This document shows positions 1-11,124 of a stretch of DNA of 35,623 bases, in pieces. The stretch is from positions 1 through 35,623 of the forward strand of contig JAKMXF010000071.1 in assembly GCA_024704765.1 (NCBI GenBank), given 5' to 3'. Under the pieces are notes generated by a model. The model searched no databases, was not told the DNA's origin, and was given only the letters and a program-made list of their open reading frames with translations. Both the position numbers and the translations under genes were made by a program. How positions within the stretch are numbered: position 1 is the first letter of the stretch; every line of letters starts with the position of its first letter. Origin of the DNA: Oopsacas minuta. Lineage: Eukaryota > Animalia > Porifera.

Positions 1-459
1 GATCTGTTTGATCAAGTGGCAATGGACCTCCCCCTTACGTCTGAGATAGGCGAACTAGTCGACTACTTTGAGAGGACGTATATCGGTCGCACGCTAGCCA
101 GTGGATACCATGTAGCGGCGACGTTCCCCATCGACCTGTGGAACTACCACCTCAGCACGCCCTTCGGGCTCCCCCGTACAACCAACGCCGTGGAGGCATG
201 GCACCACAGCTTCAATGCCACTGTCGGCTGCCATCACCCCACCATATGGAAGTTCCTCCTAGCCCTCAAGCGTGAGCAGGGCCTAGTGGAGGTGCGGCAT
301 ACTAACTACCTCGTTGGCAAGCCACCAACCAAGCGAAGGCGGTCCCAACAGAGTGAGGAAGCGTTGAAGACTCTAGTTCGTGAATATTATTCTCAAGATC
401 GTTCTAAAATGGAGTTCTTGCAGGGTGTAGCACATCATTTCAGTCTGGGAGCCGATTAA
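1..459 (+). mobile_element. MULE/Mutator-family transposase, C-terminal part (5' end runs off the window)
   Basis: ORF 16..459 is open from base 1 and contains W-x(n)-RTTNAVEAWH (RTxNxxExxH, the catalytic Glu motif of MULE DDE transposases) followed by HPTIWKFL. Stop at 457-459; no 3' TIR seen after it. Confidence 0.85.
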
Positions 460-495
460 CATGTTAATCTAAAGGATTATCTCTAATCAATGTAT

Positions 496-1086
496 TTGAG
501 GGCTAGGAGGAACTTCCATATGGTGGGGTGATGGCAGCCGACAGTGGCATTGAAGCTGTGGTGCCATGCCTCCACGGCGTTGGTTGTACGGGGGAGCCCG
601 AAGGGCGTGCTAAGGTGGTAGTTCCACAGGTCGATGGGGAACGTCGCCGCTACATGGTATCCACTGGCTAGCGTGCGACCGATATACGTCCTCTCAAAGT
701 AGTCGACTAGTTCGCCTATCTCAGACGTAAGGGGGAGGTCCATTGCCACTTGATCAAACAGATCGTGTACGTCTGCTGGTCGGGCAAAAGCAAGGGCTGG
801 TATCCTCCGGATGCACATAGCCAACTCTTCGTCATGTGTGTAGGCAGACTGCAGCCCTACAGACTGCACATGTCGCCAGATATTCTGTGTGAGGTGGAAG
901 AAGCAGCACTTCACTACTGTGTTAGGCCAGACATGCTCAAAGCTGGTAATCGGGCCCTTCTCAAAGTCCAGGAGCATCTGTTGAGGCTGGGCAAGTGGAT
1001 ACAGTAGGCCAATCAAATTAGGTGCGAATTGTCGCTGGTGCGAATTGTCGCGGTGCGAATTGTCGTGGTGCGAATTGTCGGTATCC
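496..1086 (-). mobile_element. Internally deleted, truncated MULE copy: terminal repeat joined directly to the transposase catalytic core
   Basis: Minus-strand translation gives MLLDFEKG...KCCFFHLTQNIWR (second Asp and CxxH motif) through RTTNAVEAWH. 496-764 is the reverse complement of 1-269 with one synonymous mismatch. The terminus GGATAC plus repeats lies at 1007-1086. Confidence 0.85.
1007..1086 (-). repeat. MULE terminal sequence: GGATAC + 4 x CGACAATTCGCACC(A/G) + TTTGATTGGCC
   Basis: Four tandem ~15-nt units at 1021-1080 abut the transposase fragment; the same architecture occurs at 35490-35567. Confidence 0.75.
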
Positions 1087-1516
1087 GTCTCATGAGATTG
1101 GAGCAAAAGCTTGAACAATTGGAAAGTTAACTTCAGAGAATTTGAGAGCAATTGAATAAAAGCTTTCTAAACTGTACAACAGAATTATATAAATAAGAAT
1201 GTTTATTATATCACTGAATAATCATAGAAAATTAAGTGATTTAGATTTCGTTTAGTTTAGGCCTTCATCAGTGTGCTCAGCTTAGCGGGCGATTATTCGG
1301 GTAGAGGCTGTCATAAGAGTTCGAGTAATTTAGAGAAAGAAGAAAACTCAGGTGATTGATTAAATTATAATTTATTATAAACTCGTAATGAAAAAATCTG
1401 TATACAATTCCAATAATATGTAAAAAATAAACAGCTGGTACTAAATTTAAAATCTTTAACATAAACTCTAAATTAATATATCTTCAACAAGTTATACAAG
1501 AACTGATATATTCACG

Positions 1517-4500
1517 TTAAAAGCTATAGTCGTTAGAATATATTTGAGAGTTATCAGGATACAAAATAGATTTGATAGAAGCGAAAGATTTTCTCTGATT
1601 TTTAGAGATACAACTACTTCGATTGGCATCTGTAGATTTTTCATCTACAATTTTGGTTGATATTAGGCTAGAATCTTGCTTGGATATTTCTTGACAAATG
1701 GGACAAGAAAGGAGGTTGAACTCTCCCCCCATCTTTAAGAGCCACAACTTTTCGCATTCCATATGGTAAACATGAGAACAGTTAAACACCACAACATCGT
1801 CCGGCTCGGAAGACCCTGAGCATGTGACTTTAAGACTCTTTTTACAAAGCTCGCATCTCATAGATTTAGGATTGATAGCCCTGCTTGCAGAACATCTGAG
1901 ATGCTGAAAACTCTCATCCAGATCTTTGAGAATAATAGAATTTACTGTATTGAGAGTGGTCAGCTGGTAGCTACAACCATCAAGCATATTCAACATCATG
2001 TTTCTAAAATCAACGATTAATCCACAACTTGAGAAGCTCTCATTGGTGATCTTCTGGAATAGTGCTGGCATGCTAACATGTGCGTTCATAGACTTGAGTA
2101 GTGTACGGACTAATTCTTGTTGATGATTCTGATTCAGGTCTGAGTTAGATTCCGCTATAGCGTCTAACAATTGGAACCATAAATTCTCCTTTTCAGCCTC
2201 CTTGAGATGTCTAGAGGACCGTTCTAATAGTCCCATAACTAAACTGAGTTTTCTATGCAGCGTCTTCTCATTGGCTTTGTTAGAAAGTTCTTCATTCAGA
2301 TTATTCAACAAAATTAGGAATGCATCTTTGAAATTATTATTCCGTTCATACAGAAACGCGCTAGACTCTCTCAGGCCAGATTTATTACAAATCTTTAGAA
2401 CAATATCACTCCTGAACTGCTCGGTTTTACGGATATGAGAGAGTACATTATCTGGTTGGTACCTGGCTAGTAATTCTATATATAGTTCTTGTAGTTCAAA
2501 TGATAATTGTAAAGAATCGAATTTAGCTGAAGATTCCATTTGTACCAATTGTATGACCTCATGCAAGAAATCGAATTGAAGTCTAGAATCTTCTTTCAAT
2601 TGTACTTTCACAATGGAGTCTATTTTATTGAAAAGATAAAGAGAAACCAACTCAGCAGAGTCTCTAGGACTGATGTGAGCGAGGAGAATGATGCGTCGAA
2701 TTGTTTCAGAGCTGATCTCATCTTTCTCACTTAGTGAGAGGTCTGTTCCACTGAGGGCCTGATGGATCAGCCTAAACACGAGGTGTGTACGACTTGGTTC
2801 GTTCCAATAACACTGGAGTACATCTGTGTATTGTCGTCTGGACAGATAAATCTTCTCACAAATCTGATAGAAACGACCTTCTAACGCCCAAACAAGAATC
2901 GAGGTTTGATAGAAATCCTTAGGGAATGCTCCAGAATCCATTAAGTCTAATATTGCTTGTTGTTTATCAGAATGAGAAATATTTTTAGCATTTTTGAGTG
3001 CTTCAAGCAATTCTTCATAGACCGAGTACTCTATCTTGTAATGCGAGACAAACTTTCTACACAGTCTGGCTAGGAATGTCAAAAAAGCAGACAGGGGGGT
3101 GCTATTCAGCAGCTCATGATGCTTAGTGGTATCACTGCGTAAGAATACTATTATTAGAGCATCTACAAGTTGCTGTGGGATAGGAGTGTTTGAGGATTCT
3201 TCATCACAAGCAATGCTCAGAATGTTGAAGAAATCTTTACAGTTGAAATAGATAAGAACACGCAAATACGGATACGGCTGTACGTCAGACAGTCCGGGGC
3301 TGCCCTCAGCAGAAATGATGAGTGAAAATGTTTGTCGCTTTACAGGGACAACCAGCTCGTGAGGGAGATCTCCACTAGGATATGCTCTCCCAGATAAACA
3401 ACAATTTAAATATACTAACAGTTTATAGCCCATGCTTTCATTCCGTGACGACATCTCTCCTAGCATTCCATCGGAATTAGGTTTAAATTGTAGATACAAA
3501 TGTTCTATTAGTATGCGTAAAGGGGAAACAAAGTCTTTGAGGCCAGTACTGTAGGAGTATATTATCAGACCGTACAGATTGTACTCCGCACTAATGTTAA
3601 TTATCCTTTCAAAGTCCAGATTACCATTAACAGTCAGATGTGGGATTATTTGTTCTAACTCGTCCACATGGCCATTCTGTACGAATATATCTATGAGATA
3701 ATTGGCATACACCAAATCGAGATCAAGGATTCTATCTTCAACTATCCAATGTCCAAGAGCCTGATAATATATAAATGAGTTTGTAGAGCCATACTCATCA
3801 AACTTTTCAAATAACTCACCGAATATTTCATTATGCATATCCAGCACCAAACAGCAATCTATACTAACTTTAGCGATCTGGTACACATCTGGCATTTCCT
3901 TGCTAGGATCCTTATTGTCATAAAAAAGGGATTTGAGGCTCAATTCAACATAAGTTAGAGAAAGATCGAACAGTGTTTGTTTGAGTTGCTGTTTCCGCTC
4001 TGCTGAATTAACAGACAATCCAATTGGTGCGCCAGCTGTTCCGTCAAGAAAAGCTCTGGCAAGTTGGAAAGCTTCAGTTATTTTAAAATCTCTCAATAGA
4101 GTATCTAAGCGATGCTTCCAATTAGGAATATACAACCCAACTATATCCCTAATCCCTAGAATATACACATTTACGCTCTCTGAATGAGAGAACTGACAAA
4201 TACTATTGAAGCAGGCGTGACGACTGGCGGCTTCGAAGAGAGGGGGAGGTGTACCACCAGCTTCAAAGCTTTTGAAGAACTGAGAACCATATACTATGGA
4301 TATGTCACGAAGATCTAAAGTCTGAATCTCTTGATTCAAATCTACATCTACCAAATGGAAAATTTCTCCAGGGTCCATCACCCCAATAGATGTTGTGCTT
4401 AGCCAATTCAGAGACACGATCTCGTGGGTTAAATTTAATATCTTAGTCTCTCTACAACGAATGTAACGTTTAACGTGATCTATAAATACTGTTATGAGTT

Positions 4501-5412
4501 TGATTCTACGCTCCCGTCCAATAGCTAGTATTACGTCATCAAACTCATCATGTAGAGGTCTGTAAGTCATGAGAGGCAATAACTGGCCGTCTCCTTTCAA
4601 GAAGTATCTGTCTAATACCTTAAATTCAGGAATAGTAGCTGTTATATAAACAGAATCAGCGGTTCCTAATGCTAGCAATCCTATCTTAGTGAGAGTAAGA
4701 TTAATTGGAGATCTGAATAGAGAGAAATTAAGGATGGGGTAGATGGGACTTTTAAGAGAAACATCAATCAGAAAAGTACTCTCATACGAGCGGACTCCTA
4801 TTATATGTTTGAAACGTACCAATACCATTTTCCCGATGCTATCCAGGATAATAGCCTCGTGACAGCCATCAGTGAATCTAGCTAGCAGGACAGAAGCCCC
4901 CTCTGTAATCACTTCTGAACAGAGCTGCAAACATTTTCCATTTGAATAGTCCCATAGGCTGACAGGACCCCTAGCGTGTCCTACAAGTAGCTGTGAGGTA
5001 GAACGTTGGTTGGGAAGAGAGAAAAAGTCAAGTGAAGAAACCGAGCCCAATTCGGAAGCAAAGCCTGTTCTACCAAGGATAAGTCTAAGCTTGTTGTCTG
5101 GGGGAGGTGAGAAGAGGAGGACTGTTCCTAAATTTGTTCCCAAGATCAGAGATCCCTGATTCCCTGAAGTTATGCAAGTTATTTTGATGAAGGACTGAGA
5201 CTCACAATGAGATAGTAAATGAGAATATGATTCCTTTATCACTATTGAATCTTCAAGAGAGAAAGAAGCAGAGTTTCGAGTTCGAGAAATGTAAGCAGAA
5301 GTTTGGAAAGCATTTTGGATATTGTCTTCTGTCTCCTCATCTGACGGATCATTCGTATCATTCGAAATTGATTGATCTTTTGAGAAGATAAATGAGCATT
5401 TAGAGAAGCCAT
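1517..5412 (-). CDS. VPS8: Vacuolar protein sorting 8 homolog (CORVET subunit): WD40 propeller, alpha-solenoid, C-terminal RING-H2; 5' end uncertain
   Basis: 1241-aa uninterrupted ORF with VPS8-like blocks (LLVGHARGPVSLWD, KHIIGVRSYES, YPYLRVLIYFNCKDFFNIL) and RING CELC...CSHVYHMEC...CPIC. The listed start at 5242 is GTG; the frame stays open to 5413 without ATG, and an ATG at 5412 is one base out of frame. Confidence 0.9.
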
Positions 5413-5545
5413 ATTAAATCTATTTAGATTTTATAAGAAAATATATAGTAATGATACTAGTGAATAATCGTATACTAAGGCAATAGCTTGGAATCAGTTC
5501 GTATAACAATGGACATTCCTGGATTTGGTATTTATAGCATTAGTA

Positions 5546-5876
5546 TATACGTATAGCCCGTTAACTCGAACATTCATATCTCGAACCCATACTTGTCAAC
5601 CTTAGTGAAGAAAAATGCAGGATGATTAGTACTAATTTGGCGGGACATCGTGGGATGTAGCATATTTGTATTACTATTAGGCTGGACTATACGAAAAAGG
5701 GACAATTGGCAAGTATGCGAACGAATTTCCATTTCCCCTCGTTATACTATTCGGTTTACGTTCGCTATCTCGAACGGGTCACTCCCTTCATTGTACTTTT
5801 AGTACTTATCGCATCCGTTAACATTCGATTTTTCGTACAGATTTTCAGGGTTCGAGTTAGTGGATGTTAAAAGTAT
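5546..5876. mobile_element. Possible decayed Tc1/pogo-type MITE
   Basis: TAACTCGAAC (5562-5571) and its reverse complement in GTTCGAGTTAG (~5850-5860) face each other with TATA flanks; TATCTCGAAC sub-repeats at 5577 and 5766. The right end recurs at 13803-13835 (30/33 identical). Confidence 0.4.
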
Positions 5877-6300
5877 ATCTATACTATTAACAGCTAATTT
5901 GGCTGTTTACTACAGCTAAGGAACTGTCATACAACAGGGCAAACGGTGTATTTGCCTACCAATTGATATCGCTTAGATAGCTGCATAATTTTAATACAGG
6001 TTTGGGTTACGTACTACCCTGTTGATTGGAATTTCTTGGCAAGTACCTATTCTGCCCCCGGGGCCAATAATTTCTCTCGGCGGTAAGGTTTACTATTAAT
6101 AGTAACTGAGACTGACCAGTCGGTTTGGGGCACCTCGGAAATTAGCAGTGTACAGTAACACGAATTTCAGGTTAATCAGATTTAAATTCATTGATCATGA
6201 AACATAGCAATGTCCAAATATCTTTAATATTTTCTTTATTACTATATAAGTTAACATGGCATGGGGACATTGATTTACCTATCCCGTAAAATTATGTATT

Positions 6301-6439
6301 CATTTAGAGGGCCGATATATGCATAAGTAAACTCAACACGCCTAACGGCGTCGAACAAATGGTCACTCGATGAGGTTAGGACACATTTTGGGAATGGAAT
6401 GTTGCCACATTCCTGCGTTGCTAGGGAAAAATTTTTCCC
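6301..6439 (+). repeat. Dispersed repeat, copy A (copy B at 27033-27187)
   Basis: Direct alignment to 27033-27187, about 80% identical over the first 60 nt, with shared GAATGGAATGTTGCCAYATTCCTG and GTTGCTAGGGAAAAA blocks. Confidence 0.8.
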
Positions 6440-6580
6440 AAAGTGGCACATTTAAGTGGCTAATAATACAAGTTCCACACACATTTGGGCCTGGGTCTTT
6501 TTTCTGTTAAACTACAATAATAAAGCTACAAGAAAATCATAATAGGCTTTTGTTGCAATTTATTCTAAGTTATGTATCTA

Positions 6581-6731
6581 CAGTGGAGTCTCCGAAACGG
6601 ATCCGTTGGGGACATGGTATCTGTCCGTTGTAGAGAATTGTCCGCTCCTCGGAGGCTGTCTAAGCAGTAATTACATGCTTGGCAAATTCAATCCGTGCCA
6701 TGAAGTTAGTCCGTTTTGGGAGACTCCACTG
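6581..6731. mobile_element. 151-bp pogo/Tigger-type MITE
   Basis: Left TIR CAGTGGAGTCTCCGAAACGGA; right TIR reverse complement CAGTGGAGTCTCCCAAAACGGA; TA on the left flank (6579-6580), AA on the right. Confidence 0.75.
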
Positions 6732-7155
6732 AATATCATTTACCATATGATTAATCTTATTATTATACATTTGGCTTATACTACGCACGATATTAATAAT
6801 TTGTTTTACGACTGGGGATTTTATTTTGATAAGAAACATGACCCAGAGCAAGGATACTACTGTATTTTGTTGCGGTGATGTGTATTAACGAAGTTATACT
6901 GTAATAGGTTCCAACTGCTAGTCAGGGAAATTGGTTTATGTCTATAAATAACTGGTAGGGGTCCTGTCAGTTAAGGAAAGAAATTCAGGACTTAAGATTA
7001 TTTTAAATGTTTTATCAAATTAACTAACACAACCAAACAGCATAACACTACAATAATAATCTGTGATACAATGACTAACTGAAACACATCCTAACCTACA
7101 TTTATACTAATTAAAACATATATCTAAGCTTGCTCTAAAATTCCAACCTACTCTC

Positions 7156-8658
7156 TTATAAGTCATCATGTGTATGTGATTGAATATCTTCGTCTATTTC
7201 CTCATCAGATATAACCAGATCTTCTGGATAAGAATAATCTTCCTGATCAGATGAGGAGTCCTCCCCCTCACTATCTGCCTCAGGTTCTGGTTCTGGTTCT
7301 GGTTCAGGTTCAGGTTCTATCACAGCATCAATGTCTATGTTTAGATTGGAGCGGAGCATCCGGTCTATACGGATAGCAAAGTCTGAAGAGTCTGCGAGAG
7401 AGTAACCAGACCTGAGCACTGCCGTGTCATAGAGTATACGAGCTAGTTCCTCTGCCTGTTGGTCGGGAGACTCAGATTTAACTTTCCGTAAAAGCTCAAT
7501 GATGACGGGATGTCGGGGATTCAGTTCTAAAGTTTTCTTCTGGTTCTTGTATGTATCAGACCCCGGCTGTTTGTAGGCCTGAGCAGCAGCTACTCTCTCC
7601 ATGTTAGCAGACCACGCCCACTGTGCAGCTACAAGAGCACACGGAGAGTCGGTAAGTCTGTTGCTGACAGTTGCCTTCTCGATTACATCTGTTAGGGCAG
7701 TTTCCTTCAACCAGTCGGTGAGAGGCTGGAACTCCTCCTGTAGACTCTCCAGACGCTGTTTGGCTAACTCTCCTTCGTCTGAGAATGTTAGTCCCTCCTT
7801 AGCAACGTCCTGGAATTTCTTACCTTCGTATTCCGGCATTGACTGTACTACATACTCGTCAATAGCGTCTACGAAATATAACACTTCGTATCCCTTCTTC
7901 AGCACCCTCTCTACAAACGGAGACTTCTCCACCTCCTCTCGCTCCTTACCAGCCATGTAGTAGATATGCTCTTGTTTAGGTCGCATCCTCTCTAAATAGG
8001 ACTCCAAGCTAGTCAGATCCTCTTCGTGATGTGAAGAGAGAAATTGCAGCAGCTTAGCAATACGAGTCTTGTTACCAGAGTCTTCCAGGATACCAAACTT
8101 CAGAGTATTACCAAATTCTTTCCAGACTTCTTTAAAGTCCTCAGTAGATAACTTCTTCAACATTTCTAAAGCTTTACGCACCAGTTTTTTCTTTATAACT
8201 TTGAGGAGTTTGTGTTGTTGCAGTGTTTCTCTACTCACGTTAAGAGGAAGGTCATCACTATCAACTACTCCCCACAACCAGCTCAGATACCGAGGCATCA
8301 AGTCATCCATGTCGTCTGTGATAAAGATACGTCTTACGTACATCTTAATACGATTATCCATTGACTTGTTCATGTCGGAATAGAAAGCAGAAGGAAGTTT
8401 GTTAGGGACGAACAGAATGGATCTGAAGGTAGGCTCTCCTTCAGCTGTGAAGTGAATCTTTGCCAGAGGGTCAGAAGTCTCCTTGGTGAAGACTTTATAA
8501 AATTCGTTATACTCAGAATCTTCAACCTCTTTTGCTTTGCGGCGCCAGATGGGTTTAGTGTCATTCATTAGTTCCCAGTCCCAAACAGTTTTTTCCACTG
8601 TCTTTGTTTTAGGTTTGTCTTCTTTGTCCTCTGCGACCTCTACATCATCCTCTGGAGC
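7156..8658 (-). CDS. HSP90B1: GRP94 coding exon 4 (charged linker, middle and C-terminal domains)
   Basis: Acceptor TTCTTATAG|GCT at 8659, in frame with the 480-aa ORF; stop TAA at 7158-7156. Confidence 0.92.
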   Translation of the reverse strand, partial: APEDDVEVAEDKEDKPKTKTVEKTVWDWELMNDTKPIWRRKAKEVEDSEYNEFYKVFTKETSDPLAKIHFTAEGEPTFRSILFVPNKLPSAFYSDMNKSMDNRIKMYVRRIFITDDMDDLMPRYLSWLWGVVDSDDLPLNVSRETLQQHKLLKVIKKKLVRKALEMLKKLSTEDFKEVWKEFGNTLKFGILEDSGNKTRIAKLLQFLSSHHEEDLTSLESYLERMRPKQEHIYYMAGKEREEVEKSPFVERVLKKGYEVLYFVDAIDEYVVQSMPEYEGKKFQDVAKEGLTFSDEGELAKQRLESLQEEFQPLTDWLKETALTDVIEKATVSNRLTDSPCALVAAQWAWSANMERVAAAQAYKQPGSDTYKNQKKTLELNPRHPVIIELLRKVKSESPDQQAEELARILYDTAVLRSGYSLADSSDFAIRIDRMLRSNLNIDIDAVIEPEPEPEPEPEPEADSEGEDSSSDQEDYSYPEDLVISDEEIDEDIQSHTHDDL

Positions 8659-11124
8659 CTATAAGAATAATATTCATATAGATGTTGAATTTTAATCTCA
8701 GTACTTCAAACCTCGATTATTGAGATTTAGGTTCACATTTGCTTTTAGATTCACGTAAGGACAACCTCACTTCGTCATTCGCATTTAAGAATAAATAATG
8801 ATAAACCAATTATTTATTGGTAATTAGATTTCTTATCTAAATTTAGTAAGCAAATTGCATCAATTGATAAATTACTATCTATATGAAACGAACACTAAAT
8901 ATATTTACCTCGGGATCCTCTTCAGTCTTATCTTCCGTGTCTGTCTCCGTATCAGATATCTCTTGCTCCTCTTCCTCTATCCGAGAGTTCCACAGATAGA
9001 TGGGAAAATTAATGAACTGAGAATATTTCTTGACAAGTTTCTGTACACTATTCTCTTCTAAGAAGTTCTTAGATTCCTCTTTTAGGAATAAACTAACTGT
9101 AGTTCCTCTTTGCAAAGTATTGCCTCTCGGATCTGTCATTATTTTGAACTCAGATCCATCACTCTCCCATATGTATTGCTCATCATCATTATGTTTGCTA
9201 GTAACCACTACTGTGTCTGCTACCAGGAAGCTAGAGTAGAATCCGACACCAAACTGACCAATCAAATCTTGACTAACCTACACAATATATAAAGATGAAT
9301 TCGAGATCGGCTGAGAGAGAATTAATATTTCAATTAGGACAATAAATTATGTTATAACTTTGGTTTATCACACCTTTCACTTTCAACCAATTCATGTTGC
9401 TCTTAACAGTAGACCCTCGCATATTCAACCTCATGCATAGAACTGATACAATCTTAAGAAAATGATTCAATAAGTTCAAAATACTTTATTATATCCAATT
9501 CTACAGGGGGCTGTGGTTCAAATATAATACGATGTACGGATGTTGCAGTCTTTTCATCTTTTATACACCCTTCGTAAATATGTACTCTTATATCTAGTAT
9601 TGATTCTATGCTATTCACTAATCCGAACGATATTATAATTGATAGGTTACCAGGCCGTTCAGAATAAAGAGGGCTACTTTATTATGATATAACTTGTGTG
9701 TAAAATACCACTGAGGTAAAAGAATAATTTACTTACTTGAGCATCGTTTTCTTGATTCTGTACTTTCTCTATTAAGTCAGCTGTACCAGATTTCGCTATT
9801 GTGCCCAGATTCTTCTCCAATTCCTCTCTTGTCATCCCAACTCCTGTGTCTGTGATGTGTATGGCTCCATTCTCTTTGTCTACTTTTATACGAATAGAAA
9901 GATCCTCTCCACTATCGAGCGCACTCTTATCTGTGAGAGATTTGAAGCGAATTTTGTCAAGTGCATCTGATCCATTGGAAATTAACTCTCTTAAGAAAAT
10001 CTCTTTGTTTCGATACAAACTGTTGATAATAATCTTCATCATGCTAAAAGTTGAAACAATTAATGTCTGTAAATCCAAAATAGTAATTAGTTATATTACA
10101 TAAATAAAGAATTTTGAATAGCTACCAACTATTCTATTTACTCCAATTATTTTGCATCACATTAATTGATTTAATTATTATAAGCTATTTAGTAAACTAA
10201 TCCAAATTGAAATACTGTAAAACCTCTGAGTTCCGAGCAGACTCGTCCGGAGGTTGCACGGATCTTAGAAATAACATTAAATATATGGGAGATCCAATTT
10301 GTAAAACAAAATACAATATTGAGATTCATTCGAATCGGCGAATCTGGATGTTATAACGGTTTGGTTACTAAGAAATGTATTAAACATGAAGTATAACTGA
10401 AGACAACTCTATTAAAAGGAAAATTAATAGCCGAAAATATTCAAATAGATTTTAAACATTTTGGAAAAATGGTGCCGGATTCGACTGCATGTGATTTAAT
10501 GTAAGATTCGAGCCTATTCAGCAAAACTGAGTATATTTTTTCTGGTATTATTCGCTACTACGCAAAAACTAGACCTGTGACAGCTATACATTACCCTACT
10601 CGAATTATTTAGTATCATAATCATACTAGCCAACTGTTCCGATTTCTCGGGAATGTATTTAATGTTATGTCCCGCTTTTGGGTAGAACAGACTATACTAA
10701 TACCAATATGCTATCTCCAGCCTCCGACGTTGTACAAATAAAATAATACCTTCCGTCTCGCTTTTCTCTTCACCATAGTTGACAAGTATGCGTGATAATA
10801 ATATGTTATGTTTATGCATTTCTGAATTAGCTAAATGGATATGAGCACATACCGGTTAACTTCAGCAGCGAACACTTTCTTCTCAGCACTGTCTCGCAGC
10901 TGCTTCATCTCTGCTACACTCAGTCCGTCCAGCTTTATGGCCTCCTCTTCCCTCTTTACTACATTATCATCAGTGCGGCCCCCCTCTTGGAAGGCACCCA
11001 AATCATCCTCAACAGATGGAAATAATTCATCCTCCTCCTCGGCTCTAACATACGTGGGAGTCAATGTCAGAGCAAGGAGAGCCAGTAGTATACAACTTAG
11101 CAGTAAGCTTCTTGTAGACAGCAT
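7156..11124 (-). CDS. HSP90B1: Endoplasmin/GRP94 (ER HSP90), spliced CDS join(11124..10853,10043..9737,9277..8909,8658..7156), 2451 nt, 816 aa
   Basis: Signal peptide, [73 protein letters not shown] and a C-terminal HDDL. All three introns are GT-AG and join in frame (phases 2, 0, 0). Confidence 0.95.
8909..9277 (-). CDS. HSP90B1: GRP94 coding exon 3
   Basis: Acceptor ATTGTGTAG|GTT at 9278 gives [12 protein letters not shown]; donor GAG|GTAAAT at 8908. Confidence 0.9.
9737..10043 (-). CDS. HSP90B1: GRP94 coding exon 2 (ATPase domain)
   Basis: Acceptor AACTTTTAG|C at 10044 completes Arg codon CG+C; donor CAA|GTAAGT at 9736. Confidence 0.9.
10853..11124 (-). CDS. HSP90B1: GRP94 coding exon 1 (signal peptide to AEVN-R)
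   Basis: ATG at 11124; donor CG|GTATGT at 10852. Confidence 0.9.

Noticed and set aside
1021-1080. Short repeat arrays (also 35496-35554) as CRISPR
   Set aside because: Units are directly tandem with no unique spacers, there are no cas genes, the context is eukaryotic, and one array abuts a transposase.
483-1151. 222-aa ORF as an intact gene with a DNSH-repeat N-terminus
   Set aside because: It begins at TTG outside the element, and the repeat peptide is just the TIR read in frame; the transposase part is truncated at both ends.
5378-5384. Programmed -1 frameshift in VPS8
   Set aside because: T CAA AAG is not a canonical X XXY YYZ slippery site and no downstream structure was seen; an indel or upstream exon is simpler.
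6606-6878. ORFs 6606..6878 (+) and 6660..6851 (-)
   Set aside because: Short, overlap a MITE and AT-rich flank, and have no recognisable motif.
7283-7318. Hexamer repeat GGTTCT/GGTTCA
   Set aside because: It encodes the EPEPEP tract of the GRP94 acidic tail, an ordinary low-complexity feature.
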